Shown in pieces: positions 27,721 to 41,721 of a DNA stretch of 64,000 nt. Location: contig OX597824.1 in assembly GCA_951406725.2 (NCBI GenBank), positions 29,636,001-29,700,000 on the forward strand. The letters are read 5' to 3'. Position 1 is the stretch's first letter, and every line of letters starts with the position of its first letter. The notes beneath the pieces were generated by a model, which searched no databases, was not told where the DNA came from, and saw only the letters and a list, made by a program, of their open reading frames with translations. Source of the stretch: Octopus vulgaris (Eukaryota). The position numbers were made by a program, and so were the translations under genes.

Positions 27721-28194
27721 GATAAGGTATTTGTCACATTACTGTTCTCCACTCAAAACTGCTATGTTATGACTTCTAAAAGCTGAAGGAATTTTTTTGT
27801 GGAGCAAAGAAAAGAAAAGAAAAAGAAAAGAGACAAGGAAAAAAGAAAAAGAAAAAGGAAAAGAAGAAGAAAAAAGGAAAAGAAAAAGAAAAAAGAAAAA
27901 AAATTCATTGGAATTGACTTGAATCTTAATTGCTTTGATTATATATATATATTTATAGGAAAATGTGTTGCTGAAAATGCTGTTTAAAATACATTTATTT
28001 ACATATTTACCAAACTGGTTTCAACAATATTTTTTGTTTATCAATGGTAAAAGTGTATCTAAAATATAGTTATAAATAGGAACTAATAAAAGAATATTAT
28101 AAAAACTATATCACGATCAAAGGTAAATATAAAACTGTTTAAAAGATAATATGAAATAGATATTATCACTTACATGTTATTTAGACCTAGTGGT

Positions 28195-28578
28195 GTGGAG
28201 GCGCAATGGCCCAGTGGTTAGGGCAGCGGACTCGCGGTCGGAGGATCGCGGTTTCGATTCCCAGACCGGGCATTGTGAGTGTTTATTGAGTGAAAACACC
28301 TAAAGCTCCACGAGGCTCCGGCAGGGGGTGGTGGTGAACCCTGCTGTACTCTGTCACCACAACTTTCTCTCGCTCTTTCTTCCTGTTTCTCTTGTACCTG
28401 TATTTCAAAGGGCCAGCCTTCTCACATTCTGTGTGTCACGCTGAATCTCCTCGAGAACTACGTTAAGGGTACACGTGTCTGTGGAGTGCTCAGCCACTTG
28501 CACGTTAATATCACGAGCAAGCTGTTCCGTTGATCGTATCAGCTGGGACCCTCATCGCCGCAACCGACGGAGTGCACC
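28195..28578 (+). mobile_element. SINE family C, full length with 13-bp TSD
   Basis: Head ggaggcgcaatggcccagtggttagggcagcggac...ggtttcgattccc; TSD tagacc(t/c)agtggt at 28182-28194 and 28579-28591. Confidence 0.9.
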
Positions 28579-28699
28579 TAGACCCAGTGGTTCAGTCAAC
28601 TATGTTCTCAAAAGATTGTCTTAACTATTGACGACGTAGTGCGTAATTCACTATTTTCTCAATTGTCTTTAACAATTTTGATGACATAGTATGTAGAGT

Positions 28700-29750
28700 G
28701 ACTTGTAAACAGTCCAGACGTTTACAAATATTTACTAAGTTGAATGCTAGATATTACACCATATTTATTTAAAATTTCCAGTCTCCCACCTAAACAGCGA
28801 TTAAACGTTTTAACTAATTTACCATATCTATACCCTTGGTTTATTAAATGTCTTAACAGTTTTTTCTTTCTAAAAGTCTATTAATATTTTTAATAATATT
28901 GTCATACCTGATAATCTGGCCTGAAAAAAAACATGATAACCTATAAAAGAAGGAATTCTACTACTGAACCATGGCATTGAAATTACTTGGAAGCCAAAAT
29001 CTTCCGTTTTATTATAAATGTCAGTACATATCTCATTATTATCCTTAATTACTAAATTGACGTCTAAATAATTAATATTGTTTATATTATTACCATTTCT
29101 GGTGGCCTTATGTTCACTAGGGTATATTTTTATGAGAAAAACTTCAAAGAATCCTTTCTCTTATTTACATTCGTATATTCCTTATTACAACAATTAGACA
29201 AGGAACCTTTACCATTCTTTAAAGATATACATTTATATCCTTTATTAAATATAATATCTAATGTACTAAAAATATCTTCTGCGCATTCGAAATTTAAGTT
29301 TGTATATATCGTCGAAAAATACTCTTATCCATCTTGCACTTAATAAGCTTATCCAGACATTCCTTTGCTGATTTAATACTCCAAAAATAATTAATTGTCG
29401 AACTCTTATAAAATTTATCACAATATGTTCTAATTACTTTTAAAGTATCGTTAACCAATATAGATAGCCGTTTATTTGTACAATTACTAGCTCCTGCTAC
29501 GAATCTACTTTTAAAAGGAACCTTATGCAGTTTAGGCATCGCCAATAGTTGAGGGATATTTTTATCCATTTCTTCCACTTCTAAAACACTCAATCTTTCT
29601 ACTGTGGATATATAAGTCTATTAAATATTTCATTAACGTTTTCCTGTATAACTTTGTGTGTGTTATTACCTATAAACTTAAATTCCCTTTCTACTCCTAA
29701 CGCTTCACCTACAACCATCATATAATATTTTTTACAAATTACTACAAATA
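28700..29750 (-). pseudogene. Decayed Penelope-like element reverse transcriptase
   Basis: PQLLAMPKLHKVPFKSRFVAG (ORF 29294-29593); frameshifted FSTIYTNL (RT motif A-like); INYLDV; YNKTEDF...SRIP...GQIIRY thumb-like segment; catalytic YxDD region not seen. Confidence 0.75.
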
Positions 29751-29766
29751 TATATATATCTATATA

Positions 29767-30103
29767 TAATTATAAATAAGGGCAAAAGAAAAAAATTCCT
29801 ATGCCAATATGCTGAAAAATAGACCACATACAATATTTTTCACTCTAAATACACAGCGTGTTGAAACGAGGAAAGCAAGCTAACAGAAATTTTAAAAGTT
29901 CGTTATTCCCGCATCGGACAGATTTCTGGATTAATCCAAAAGGATTCTTCCTTTTTCAACGAGAAACATGATAAGAATAGCTTACTTTCCACGCTTCAAC
30001 ATGCTGTGTATTTATAGAGAAAAATTTTATATGTGCTTAGATGACCTGAAGTCTATTTTTCAGCATATTAGCATAATTTTTTTCTTTTGGCCTTATTTAT
30101 AAT
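29767..30103. mobile_element. Diverged fold-back element upstream of the Penelope-like RT
   Basis: 29767-29882 and 29978-30103 are imperfect inverted repeats; the spacer has an eroded hammerhead-like ctgtccgatgcgggaataacgaa on minus. Confidence 0.6.
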
Positions 30104-30879
30104 TGTTTATAATTTTCACTTTAAAAGGTATTGCAATATGCTGGCCACTGGTAATTTTTTTTTTTTTTCTTTTTTGAAGCGTAAAATGAAGTATCACCAA
30201 TACTTAACAACCGCTGTTGATTTCTTACGGTAACTTAGTGATTCGACATTAAAACCTGATAGAATAAGTACCAGATTTTAAAATAAGTGCTGAGGTTGAT
30301 TTGTTCGGCTAAAACCCTTCAGATCCGTGCCCCGGCATTGCGGCTGAAACGAGTTGGAGATGCACGCATTTATGTGAGCTTAAGAACCCACCCCCATTGC
30401 ATACATATACAGATGCGTTTCTTTTTCAAAGGGAGGAATACATATGCATCTGTGAGTATATGAGTATGCGTCTTTGTGTATGGAGAAGTATATATTTAAC
30501 TTATATAGTAGATATATAAACAGGGTAAAGCTAGCAATTTTTCCGTATATTGAAAAAAGGATTTTCTAGCCTTATTGAGGTTTCATCAGAGTTATTTGCA
30601 TCATTTTGACTAATCCTAGAGAAAGAAGCAGTTAATATGCTTATATACACAACAAACCCTGTAGCTTGAGAGAATTGGAGCTACTAACTTGCATATCTTA
30701 GTGTTTAACATTTGCATTTGATATCAGGGGCTTGGACCGGGGATTTTAATCCACACAGTATCAAAGTACGATGTGTGTATGTGTCCGCGTGTGCGCGTGT
30801 GCGTATTCGCGTGTGTGTGTGAGTGTGTGTGCGTTTGTGTGTGTGTGAGTATGTGAGTGTGTGTGTGTGCGCGCGCGCC

Positions 30880-31098
30880 TTTGTTTTTGTCCTTTCCACC
30901 GCTTGACGATCGGATTTGGCCTGTCTGTGTCCCAGTCATAAAGCGGTTCGGCAAAAGGACCCGATAGAGAAAAAAAGTACTAGAATTAAAAACCAAACAA
31001 GTACTGTGATCAAATTGTTTAACTACTAAACCTTTCAATGCGGTGCTCCAGCATGGTCGCAGTCTAATGACTGAAACAAGTAAAAGATAAAAGATAAA
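30880..31098 (+). mobile_element. SINE A 3' half
   Basis: agcggttcggcaaaa...gcggtgctccagcatgg...tgactgaaacaagtaaaagataaaaga. Confidence 0.8.
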
Positions 31099-31596
31099 AT
31101 GACTCGGCAGGAATATCATCTGAGTATTGATCTGAGTAGGCTTAGAGAGGCCTACTCCGGGTGTTACACAACAACGACCACAACAACAACAACAACAACA
31201 ACAGCAACCACAACAGTAGTAGCAGCAGAAGAAGCAACAACAACAACAACAACAGTTCCACTCATTCTACAGTGGGACAAGTACGAAATGGTTCTGTATT
31301 CATGTGAAATTCTCACTCAGCAAGTTTCTGCAAACCTTGCCAGAAGAAGAAACTAGATCAAGCTGACCTTTGCCCTATTTTGTACATCCGTTTGCCTTAT
31401 TGTGTAAACACATCTGTAAAACACAAGAACACATGCACACTTGTAAAGCATGTGTGTGTCGTAGCAATAGTAGTAGTAGTGGTGGTGGTGGTGGCGGTGG
31501 AGTTGGTGGTGGTTGTGCGGCTGTTGCTGCAGCTGGTGGTGACGGCGTCGGGGTTAGTGGCAAGTGGAGGTCTGTTGGTTTGTAACCACCAGCAAT

Positions 31597-31651
<55 letters not shown>

Positions 31652-31942
31652 TGAAAATGCGTGTTACACCCTCACACAGACACATATATATTAATACATT
31701 CATGTGTGTGTGTTTGTGTCAGTGTGTTTCTGTGTATGTGTGTGTCATACTTGATGTATGTACATCGTTGATAGGAAAGTTGCTGCACTGTTCGTCCGAG
31801 ATAACGTCTCTTATAGACGTGGTGTGTTTAAAAAACACAATACACATCGGAGACGAGAAATCATTCAACGCTGCTTCGAATGCTTTTATAGTACATATGC
31901 ATCTGTATATCCATACATATATACACGTATGTGAATAAATTT

Positions 31943-32289
31943 AGGCGCAGACGTGGCTGTATGGTAAGAGCTTTGCTTTCCAACTACATAGTCCTGGGTT
32001 CAGTTCCACCGCGTGGCACTTTGGGCGTGGCAAATGTCTTGTATTATATCCTCATGCCACCTAAAGCCTTGTGAGAGGATTTAATAGATGGAGTCCTCCA
32101 ACATCACTTGGCAGCTGGTGTTGGTGTGTTTACATCCCCGTAACTCAGCAGTTCAGTAAAACAGACCGATATAATAAGTACTAGGCTTAAAATGAAACCA
32201 AGTGTTGGGGTCGATCCATTCTACTAAAAATTTTTCAAGGCGTTGCTCCAGCATGTTCAAGTGACTGAAACAAGTAAGTGAGAAAAGAT

Positions 32290-32321
<32 letters not shown>

Positions 32322-32538
32322 TACTATCTTTACTCTTTTACTCTTTTACTTGTTCCAGTCATTTGACTGCGGCCATGCCGGAGCACCGCCTTTAGTCGAG
32401 CAAATCGACCCCAAGATTTATTCTTTGGAAGCCTAGTACTTATTCTATCGGTCTCGAACCGCTAAGTTACGGGGGCATAAACACACCAGCATCGGTTGTC
32501 AAGCGATGTTTGAGGAACAAACACAGACACACAAACAT

Positions 32539-32633
<95 letters not shown>

Positions 32634-32788
32634 TACGACGGGCTTCTTTCAGTTTCCGTCTACCAAATCCACTCACAAGGCTTTGCTCGGTCCGAGGCTG
32701 TAGTAGAGGACACTTGCCCAAGGTGCCACGCAGTGGGAATGAACCTGGAACTATGTGGCTGGTAAGCAAGCTACTTACCACACAGCCG
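31943..32788. mobile_element. Tail-to-tail SINE A pair (31943-32290 plus, 32328-32788 minus)
   Basis: Both heads and tails are recognisable. Confidence 0.85.
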
Positions 32789-33129
32789 TAATTAAACCTC
32801 ATTTGTCGTTGAAGATACCTTTCTAAAAATGCAACTGTAATAGAAACAATGCTACACGGGGTCACTATAAAAGTTATAGCGATCAATAAAAAGCCACGCG
32901 CTTCCACATAGCGATGAATAAACTTTATTTAAATGATACGAACACAAATGTAGGCGATAACCATCACCAACGCCTAAAAACTTCAGTGACACGTTTTGTG
33001 TACCCTCCAATCACTATAATAATAAATTATTATTTCATATGTTAATCTAAAATAAATTTAAAATTAAGAAACAAGTTTAATTGGTATTTGAAATCAATGG
33101 ATACCTTTTTACCATAATGAAATTATATC

Positions 33130-33362
33130 TGTTTCTTTATTGCCCACAAGGGGCTAAACATAGAGGGGACAAACAAGGACAGACAAACGGATTAAGTCGA
33201 TTACATCGACCCCAGTGCGTAACTGGTACTTAATTAATCGACCCCGAAAGGATGAAAGGCAAAGTCGACCTCGGCGGAATTTGAACTCAGAACGCAACGA
33301 CAGACGCAATACCGCTAAGCATTTCGCACGGTGTGCTAACGTTTCTGCCAGCTCGCCGCCTT
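33130..33362 (-). mobile_element. SINE B, full length with 18-bp TSD
   Basis: TSD ccataatgaaattatatc at 33112-33129 and 33363-33380. Confidence 0.93.
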
Positions 33363-34582
33363 CCATAATGAAATTATATCGACAATGAATTCGCAGTGTT
33401 GTTAGAGCGTCAGACAAAGTGCTTCAAGAAATTTATTCCGATACTCAACTCTCTGAGTTCGAACCACTCCGAGATAAAATTTGCCTTTACTCCTTTCGGG
33501 ATCGATAAAAGTAACAACCTCAGGCAGTCTTTGCGTCTCGAGTTCAAATTCAACCATGAACTCCTTCATGGGAATCCCTTTGCTTTTATATATTTCATAA
33601 TGGTTTCTGGTTTCAAGGTAAGAGTAGCAATTTTCAGAAGAGGGTTTTAGTCAATTCCATCGACCCCAGGACATAACTAATAATTTATACCATGGACGTC
33701 GAAAGGACGAAAGGCAAAGTCGGCTTCCGCAGAATTTGAACTGAAAATGTAAAATGTTTTATATATTTTATGATGAATATTTATAATTTTTAGAAGGTTA
33801 ATATTAATACAAACTCAGGAATTCATATATACGTCCGCACATATACGCACGCACACGCATCCACACACACATATATATATAATTTATATATATATGCACG
33901 CACGAATGTATATGTATGTATGCATTTATATATATATATGTACACATACATACAAGCATGCATACATGTACGCATACTTACATACATAAATATAATTTAT
34001 GCATACATACATACATACATACGTTCGCGCGTGTGTAATACGCGACAAACGTTAAATTTTGCTGATCATGTTGGAGTGGTAGTAGTAGTAGTAGTAGTAG
34101 TAGTAGTCAACTAACGATGAAATAGCGGCGGCCATTATTAATTCTCCAGTGCGAAACGATTGCACGGTTGAGCGGTGTGATGTAAGTGATTAGTGACAGA
34201 ACACACCTGTATTCTTAATAATTAGAGACGGTGAGGACGGTGCAAGCGAGAGGGAGAGAGAGAGAGGGTGGGAGGAGGAAAGAAAGAGAGGAGGTGGAGT
34301 CCCAGTAAGAGAAAGGGAGGAGGTAGGAAAAAAGAGGGTGTGAGTGGTTGGGAGGTATTGAGTGAAACAACGTGGCATGCGTTCATATAGGACACCCAGA
34401 GTCGGTGTGTGCATGGTCGATCAACCTGCTAAAAACAACAGGTAAATTTGTCATAAATTGTAGGCGCAGGCTTGGCAGTGTGGTTAAGAAACTCGGTTTG
34501 CAGCAATGTCGTTTCAAATTCATGTATGTATATATTTATACACACACACATGTATACATATATGTGTGTGTTTGTATGCACG

Positions 34583-34674
<92 letters not shown>

Positions 34675-34679
34675 GATGC

Positions 34680-34924
34680 GCCCTTTTAAAGCCTAGACAG
34701 GCTCATGTGCCCGGTTTCCAGGTTTCTATGGCGTATGTGTTCCCCAGCTGGACAGGACGCCAGTCCATCGCAGTATTACTCATTTTTGCCAGCTGAGTGG
34801 ACTGGAGCAACGTGAAATGAAGGGTTTTGCTCAAGAACACAACGCATCGCCCGGTCCAGGAATCGAAACCACAATATTACGATCATGGTGCTGACACATG
34901 AACCACTAAGCCACGCACCTCCAC
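34680..34924 (-). mobile_element. Chimeric SINE: family D head and body with family C' tail
   Basis: ctggagcaacgtgaaat...gctcaagaacacaac is shared with 7268-7598; ggctcatg...ccggtttcc...ggacgccagtc is shared with 25260-25360. Confidence 0.75.
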
Positions 34925-34944
34925 ACATAAATATGTATATATTC

Positions 34945-35322
34945 TTTTATTTTTTCACTTGTTTTAGTCAGATGGCTGCAACCATGCTGGAGCACCGCCT
35001 TTTGTCGAGCAAATGGACCCCAGGACTTACTCTTTGTAAGTCTAGTACTTATTCTATCGGTCTCTTTTATCGAACCGCTAAGTTTAGGGGACGTAAACAC
35101 ACCAACATTGGTTGCCACGTGATGGTGGGAGACGAACGCAGACACACACATACATATATATATATACGACGGGCTTCTTTCATTTTCTGTCTACCAAATC
35201 CACTCACAAGGCTTTGGTCGGCACGCGGCTATAGTAGAAGACACTTGCCCAAGGTGCAACGCAGTGGGACTGAACCCGGAAATATGTGGTTAGGAAGCAA
35301 GCTTCTTACCACACAGCCACTC
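34945..35322 (-). mobile_element. SINE A
   Basis: Full reverse-complement match to family A. Confidence 0.88.
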
Positions 35323-36100
35323 CATCAAACGATCGTCAAAGAAGCCTATTTGCTGTAGGTATTCCTTAGAATTCTTCGCTGCATTACCTTGCATAAAGAC
35401 TAGCTTTCTCTTGAATGAAAGTTTTTGCTCTTTAAACCACATTTTCGATGTATGTTTTCGATGTTATCTTAATGCTATCTAAGATTTGCCCATGGCCCGA
35501 CCATCATACTACCAACGATGTCAGCCCAAAACATGGCCCCCACCTTCCCACTGTTGGTATCTCAAATGATGAGGACGGTTCACGCTGATTGATACCCAAC
35601 CTTTACTCCAGCTATGTGGCCTGTCAAGGGTTGCACGGCATTCGTCAGTGAATAGAACTGTTGAAAAGCCTATCTTCGTGTATTCCCCTGCCCATTTCAG
35701 TCTCTTCTGCTTATGAACAGCTCTCAGAGAGGGCCTCTCGTAACAGGTTTAACATTCCTGGCTATACCTGGTAGTTTTCGATACAAGAGGCGATACCTGG
35801 TAGTTTTCTATGCTAGAGGCGATACCTGGTAGTTTTCGATATATCTTCCCTGTCACAACGTTAGAATATTCCTCTATTTGTAGGACATGGGTTCCGCGTG
35901 ACAAAATACCAGTCGAAGCAACCCTCGACTTACCTTTATCTGCCCTTGGCCAGACAGAAATAAGAGACTGCAGAAATATCTTCACTGTTCAGTGATCTCT
36001 TCCCAGTATTTTTTTTTTTCTAAAATTGTTTTTTCCTTTTCCAACCACTGACACGGATGATAGAGTTCTCATTTGAGGTAAGATCACATGTCTGACCCAT
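35318..36100 (-). pseudogene. Tc1-family DNA transposase relic
   Basis: Minus-strand fragments MGQTCDLT, LGRDH.TVK, HKQKRLKWA..Y....FSTVLFTDECRATLD, FMQGNA...YLQQIG...LMEW; several stops and frameshifts; cut by SINE A before the SPDLNPIE motif; 29-bp triplication at 35764-35841. Confidence 0.8.
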
Positions 36101-36590
36101 AATGACACTTAAGTTGGGTACCTGCCTAATAATTTGGGATAGCAGAAATGTTGCTGCTATACGTTTGTTTTCATCTGCGCAGATCCGATGTATTTTAATA
36201 GAACGTGCGCAGATATGTGTTGCCAACAGTCAGTGGGAAAAAAACTGGTTTTGAATGAATATACATTTATTTATTGAGAGAAGTTTGATTTGCCTAATCA
36301 ACGACCATCCATCCCTTATTCAAACATGGTATATCGAATATTACATTAGGCAGTATGGCATACTGCTTTTAAAAAGCGGTAGGTTGTGATCCCTTCATCC
36401 ATCCAATCATTTGCTCCGTCCACCATTCCTTAGAGGACCCTGGGGATAGAGTTATCAGGCGCCTCTTCTATAGGGTCTTATCAGAAGCAACTGTCATTGT
36501 AGCTTCCGGCTGGATTCCTTGGCGTGACAGACTGAAACTACGGGTATTTTCAAACCATCTCGTTCTTGGTCTACCCCTAATCTCCAGCCG

Positions 36591-36646
<56 letters not shown>

Positions 36647-36986
36647 AAGAGGAAGGGACAGAGGCAAAGACATAAAGAAAGACAGTGAAAGAAAGAGAGC
36701 GTGAGAGTAAGGAAAGAAGGTGGAGGAACAGAGAAAGAGAATGAGATAGAGAAACAGAAAGGGTGTTATAGGGAGACAGAGAGAGCGAAAAGGAAAGACG
36801 ATAGAATGGAACCCATATTAGACTTGTATCTTATATATTGTCCTCGAAAAAGGCAACGACGGCCTTGATGAGATTCGACTCAGGATCCAAAACAACCAAA
36901 ATGAATATCACATGGTATTCTATCGGATATCTTTATATGTGTTTGTGTCCGGTTCACACCGCAAGCACACATACACACACACACAC

Positions 36987-37025
<39 letters not shown>

Positions 37026-37183
37026 CACACACATACACGCGCCTGCACGCGCACACACACACACATATACACATTCATTTTTAGTAATTCAATGGATAAT
37101 TATTCTTCTGATAATATTCCATCTCATAAATATTTCACCATTCAGCAATTGAACTTTTTATTTTTAAATATTTTCATCATCAT

Positions 37184-37248
<65 letters not shown>

Positions 37249-37401
37249 TATTATTTTCCAGTATTCACTGATATTTTTCGCTTCTTTTCTGCACCATTAT
37301 GTACACAGAACTTCGTAACCTGGGTGCAGTTTCTAAAGAATATTCAGAACTTTACGATTTCAGATTTGCCTTACCAATATATATTTTTATATGCATATGC
37401 G

Positions 37402-37471
<70 letters not shown>

Positions 37472-37725
37472 CTATGTATGTATGTATCTATGTATGTATA
37501 TATATGTATATATATATTTGTATACACGCACGTGCAAACATAAAGACACGTAAACATACCATACAGATATTATATGATGGTCGTATTTAATTCAAGACTA
37601 TCTCTATATTTTTCTCTATATTTTCGTGTGAATCATTCTTCAAAACTTGATTCTTTCTTGACGTTCCTTTCTTTTATCGTATCCCTTAATCTTTTCCTCT
37701 CTCCATCCCGTTCTCTCCACCCACA

Positions 37726-37765
<40 letters not shown>

Positions 37766-39301
37766 AGTTTATGTATACATAAATATGGTGAGAGATGGAG
37801 ACAGACAGACAGAAATGCAAAGAGGGAAAGATAAAAGAGCATCTTATGTGAAAGAGGATTTCGAAGTAAGAGAGCGGGACATGGAGAGAGAAGGAGAGAC
37901 GGGGAGAGAGGAGAGAGAGAGAGAGAGAGAGAGTTGGGTCGGGGGAGAAGGACTTAGAAAAAATTCTGAAACAAATCTATTTATGTGTACCCTCAAATAT
38001 CTCTTCCTCTAAACAATATTAACAATATCAAAAATATAAGAAAATATATATCTGTATAAATATAAGAATATATATCTGTATAAACAAAAAAATGCACATG
38101 AGCGGGAATATACATACATACACACACATACACACACACGTATATATATATATATATAAAGGGTAAAAAAGGGTATATACATATATATATATATACATAT
38201 ATATACATATATATATATAGACATATTCTTGTGTGTGTGTCTGTGTGCATAATACACACATATATAAAGTATATTACACAGCAAATGCAGAAAACAAATT
38301 CCTCGCCCGTGCCTCCACAATCGACCCTCTGCGCCGCCCTCACACTCCTCCATAAGTGGTTGGTGTGCGAAGTTCATTATTGAGACGTGTCATTTTGAAT
38401 TGTTTGTTCAGATTTAATATTTTCAACTTAGATTTTTCGCGAAAGATAAAGGAATGAATTGGTAAAAAGATTTTTTTGTGTGTGTTTTGATTTTCGTTTG
38501 AATTTTTGTTTTTTTGTGTGTAGTCTGTTTGTTTATTACCTTTTAGACATTCTTGCATGCATCTTCCTTACACACATGTACATGCATATGTATTTATGCA
38601 TTTATGATTGTATCTATATATATATATACATACACGTATGCATATGTATATAAAAATGCGTATATATGTGTATACATAGTATATATATTTTATATATATA
38701 AGTATATATATATATATATGTGTGTGTATGTGTGTGTGTGTGTATGTACATATATATATATGTATATATGTATGTATGTATAATATATATAATAGATATA
38801 TATGTATATATATATATATGTGTGTGTGTGCATATATACGTATGTGTAGATATATATATATATATACACACATATATTTAAATATCTATGTATTTATATA
38901 TATGTACATATATGTATGCATGTGTATATATATATATATACATATATGTGTTTGTGCATGCGTACGTGTACGTGTGTGTGTGTGTGTGTGTGTGTTTGTA
39001 TGATGTGTGTATTTTCCCTGAATACACGCTAATTAGATTTGTCACAACAATGTAGCTCAAAAAAAGACCATTTACACCGCAACCAAGGGGGCTTCCTTCC
39101 TGTACTTAAACTGTTCTTTCAATCCTTATAGATTCATATATTTTGCATCTACTCCACTCGACTTTAGTTTTACCGCAGAATATTATTCAATAATACAAAA
39201 TGGCGGCTTTACACAGAGAAAGTCATGTACGCTTTTTTTTTTCTAAAAATTTTGTGTATGTGCAATGTATGTGTGTATATATGTACATATATATATATAT
39301 A

Positions 39302-39421
<120 letters not shown>

Positions 39422-39865
39422 TGGTTACATACCCTGTACACACACATACAAACACAAACACACACATACACACAAACATATACACACAAGCATATATATA
39501 AATATTGCTTGTTTGACAATGGTACATGTAGGAACATGTGGGTGTTATATATATATATATATATATATATACGCACAAACATACATCTGCGCACTTATGT
39601 ATATGTTTGTGTACTCAAAAAGATACTCATATACATATACACAAGCATGCATAGATATATCACATATATATAATCACAGATGTGCAAACACGCATACTTG
39701 GAAACACGTACATGTGTGTTTGCAAGCATGTATGTATGTAACTGTATGTGTCTATATGTCTATGTATGTATGTATGTATGTATGAATACTTCTGTGTCTG
39801 TAGTTATCCATAAACGTTAGTATATGCTTTTTAATGAAATATATATACACGTATCTACTACACCC

Positions 39866-39953
39866 ACATATATATTTGTATGCGTGTATATGTATGTAAT
39901 ATATGTGTGAGTGTGTGTGCATGTATGTGTGTATGCGTTTGTGTGCGTGCGTT

Positions 39954-40010
<57 letters not shown>

Positions 40011-40109
40011 ACATATATATTTGTATGCGTGTATATGTATGTAATATATGTGTGAGTGATTGTGTGCATGTATGTGTGTATGCGTTTGTGTGCGTGCGTT
40101 TGTATGTGT

Positions 40110-40150
<41 letters not shown>
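39866..40150. repeat. About 144-bp tandem duplication of a complex microsatellite block
   Basis: atatatttgtatgcgtgtatatgtatgtaatatatgtgtgagtg...gcgtttgtgtgcgtgcgtttgtatg occurs twice. Confidence 0.8.
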
Positions 40151-40158
<8 letters not shown>

Positions 40159-40387
40159 CGCGTGTGCGTGTAGAATAATAAATGAAATGAAGAAAGCTTC
40201 TAACAATGCAGATATGGTATATATATATATATATATTTCGGGTACAAAGACCCGGGGGCTACTGTTAAGAGCACAAGCAGCGGACTAAAACAGATCGCTG
40301 CCCATCCGGCAATTCAAATGGCAGGATCTACGTATACACACATCTGAAGATATGTCTTTCAAATTTCATCTCTATATTGTTAGAATC

Positions 40388-40507
40388 TTTCTTCTTCTTC
40401 TTCTTCTTCTTCTTCTTCTTCTTCTTCTTCTTCTTCTTCTTCTTCTTCTTCTTCTTCTTCTTCTTCTTCTTCTTCTTCTTCTTCTTCTTCTTCTTCTTCT
40501 TCTTCTT
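40388..40507. repeat. (CTT)n microsatellite
   Basis: Seen directly. Confidence 0.97.
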
Positions 40508-40704
40508 TACAGAGCTTCAAGTGAATTACAACGCGGATATATATATATAGAGGGAGAGAGAGATAGAGGGGGATAGTGATAGAGTGAGAGAAAGAGAGAT
40601 AGAGAGAAAGAGAGGAGAAAAAGAGAGAAAGAGTGAGATACATATACAGAGTGGGCTAAAAGTCACGCACCAAAACATTAGTCTTTTTATTACGTTGTTG
40701 TTGT

Positions 40705-40735
<31 letters not shown>

Positions 40736-40907
40736 CATCGTATACAAGTATGTGTGTATTCATCATTCTATTTATTTTATTCAATTTTAGAAAATTGAAG
40801 CATGTCTTTGACTATAACACACTGTATTGAACTTTGTGCGAGACTTTCAGCCCACCCTATATATATTTGTGTGTGTCTGTGTCTGTCTGTGTGTATAAAT
40901 ACACACA

Positions 40908-40993
<86 letters not shown>

Positions 40994-41179
40994 TATTCGG
41001 ACCTAAAATTGCACCCATACGCTTTATGTAGGCATAGTTGTGTGGCATAAATGTTAAGATGCCTATCTCCTTGTGAGTATTACTGATAAGGGGAAACTGT
41101 GCTGAAGCCCATATAGGTAATTCTTATCATGTATTCTGTTTTGTTTTTGTTTTTGTTTTTGTCGTATCTTTTGATTTCT

Positions 41180-41570
41180 TCTTGATTCAGTCATTGGACT
41201 TCGCCCATGCAAGTATTCTGCCTTGGAAGTTTTTTGTCAAGCACATTCAGCCTTGTACATTTTTTAAAAATCAAATCTGCTACTTATTCTATCGACCTGG
41301 TTTGCCCAACACGCCAAGTTACGGGCACGTAAAAAAACAACAACACGCGCGTGCGCGTACACTCACATACACACACGCACAAGCATATAAAATATATATA
41401 TATATGTATGTATATACGACGTGCTTCCACCACACATTTTCCCGTCTACCAAATTCATTCACACGGAGCCGTAATTGAAAGCACTTTGCCAAGGTTATGC
41501 TTGGTGGGACTGACCCTGAAACCACATGGTTGTAAAGCGATCTCCTAAACCACACAGCAATGCCTGCTCT
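41180..41570 (-). mobile_element. SINE A, degenerate
   Basis: tacttattctatcg...ccgtctaccaaattcattcac...gtgggactga...accacatggtt. Confidence 0.7.
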
Positions 41571-41721
41571 TGTAGACAATGCAATACGTGAAATCTAGTT
41601 GCCTTCATAGAGACATAACCAGTAGTTCACTATTCCACAATTAATTTCTGATGCATTTCGAGAAAGAAAATATCGTGCCCAAGGACGCAAAGCACCGCTG
41701 GAAATCGAAGTCACCCTAACC

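Noticed and set aside
28195-28270. tRNA-like sequence (also 8165-8240, 7530-7598, 17330-17404)
   Set aside because: A and B boxes are present, but the sequence runs into multi-copy SINE bodies (a TSD flanks the 28195 copy) with no proper acceptor stem; these are SINE heads, not tRNA genes
35764-35841. 29-bp repeats resembling a CRISPR array
   Set aside because: Contiguous tandem triplication inside a Tc1 relic, no unique spacers, eukaryotic context
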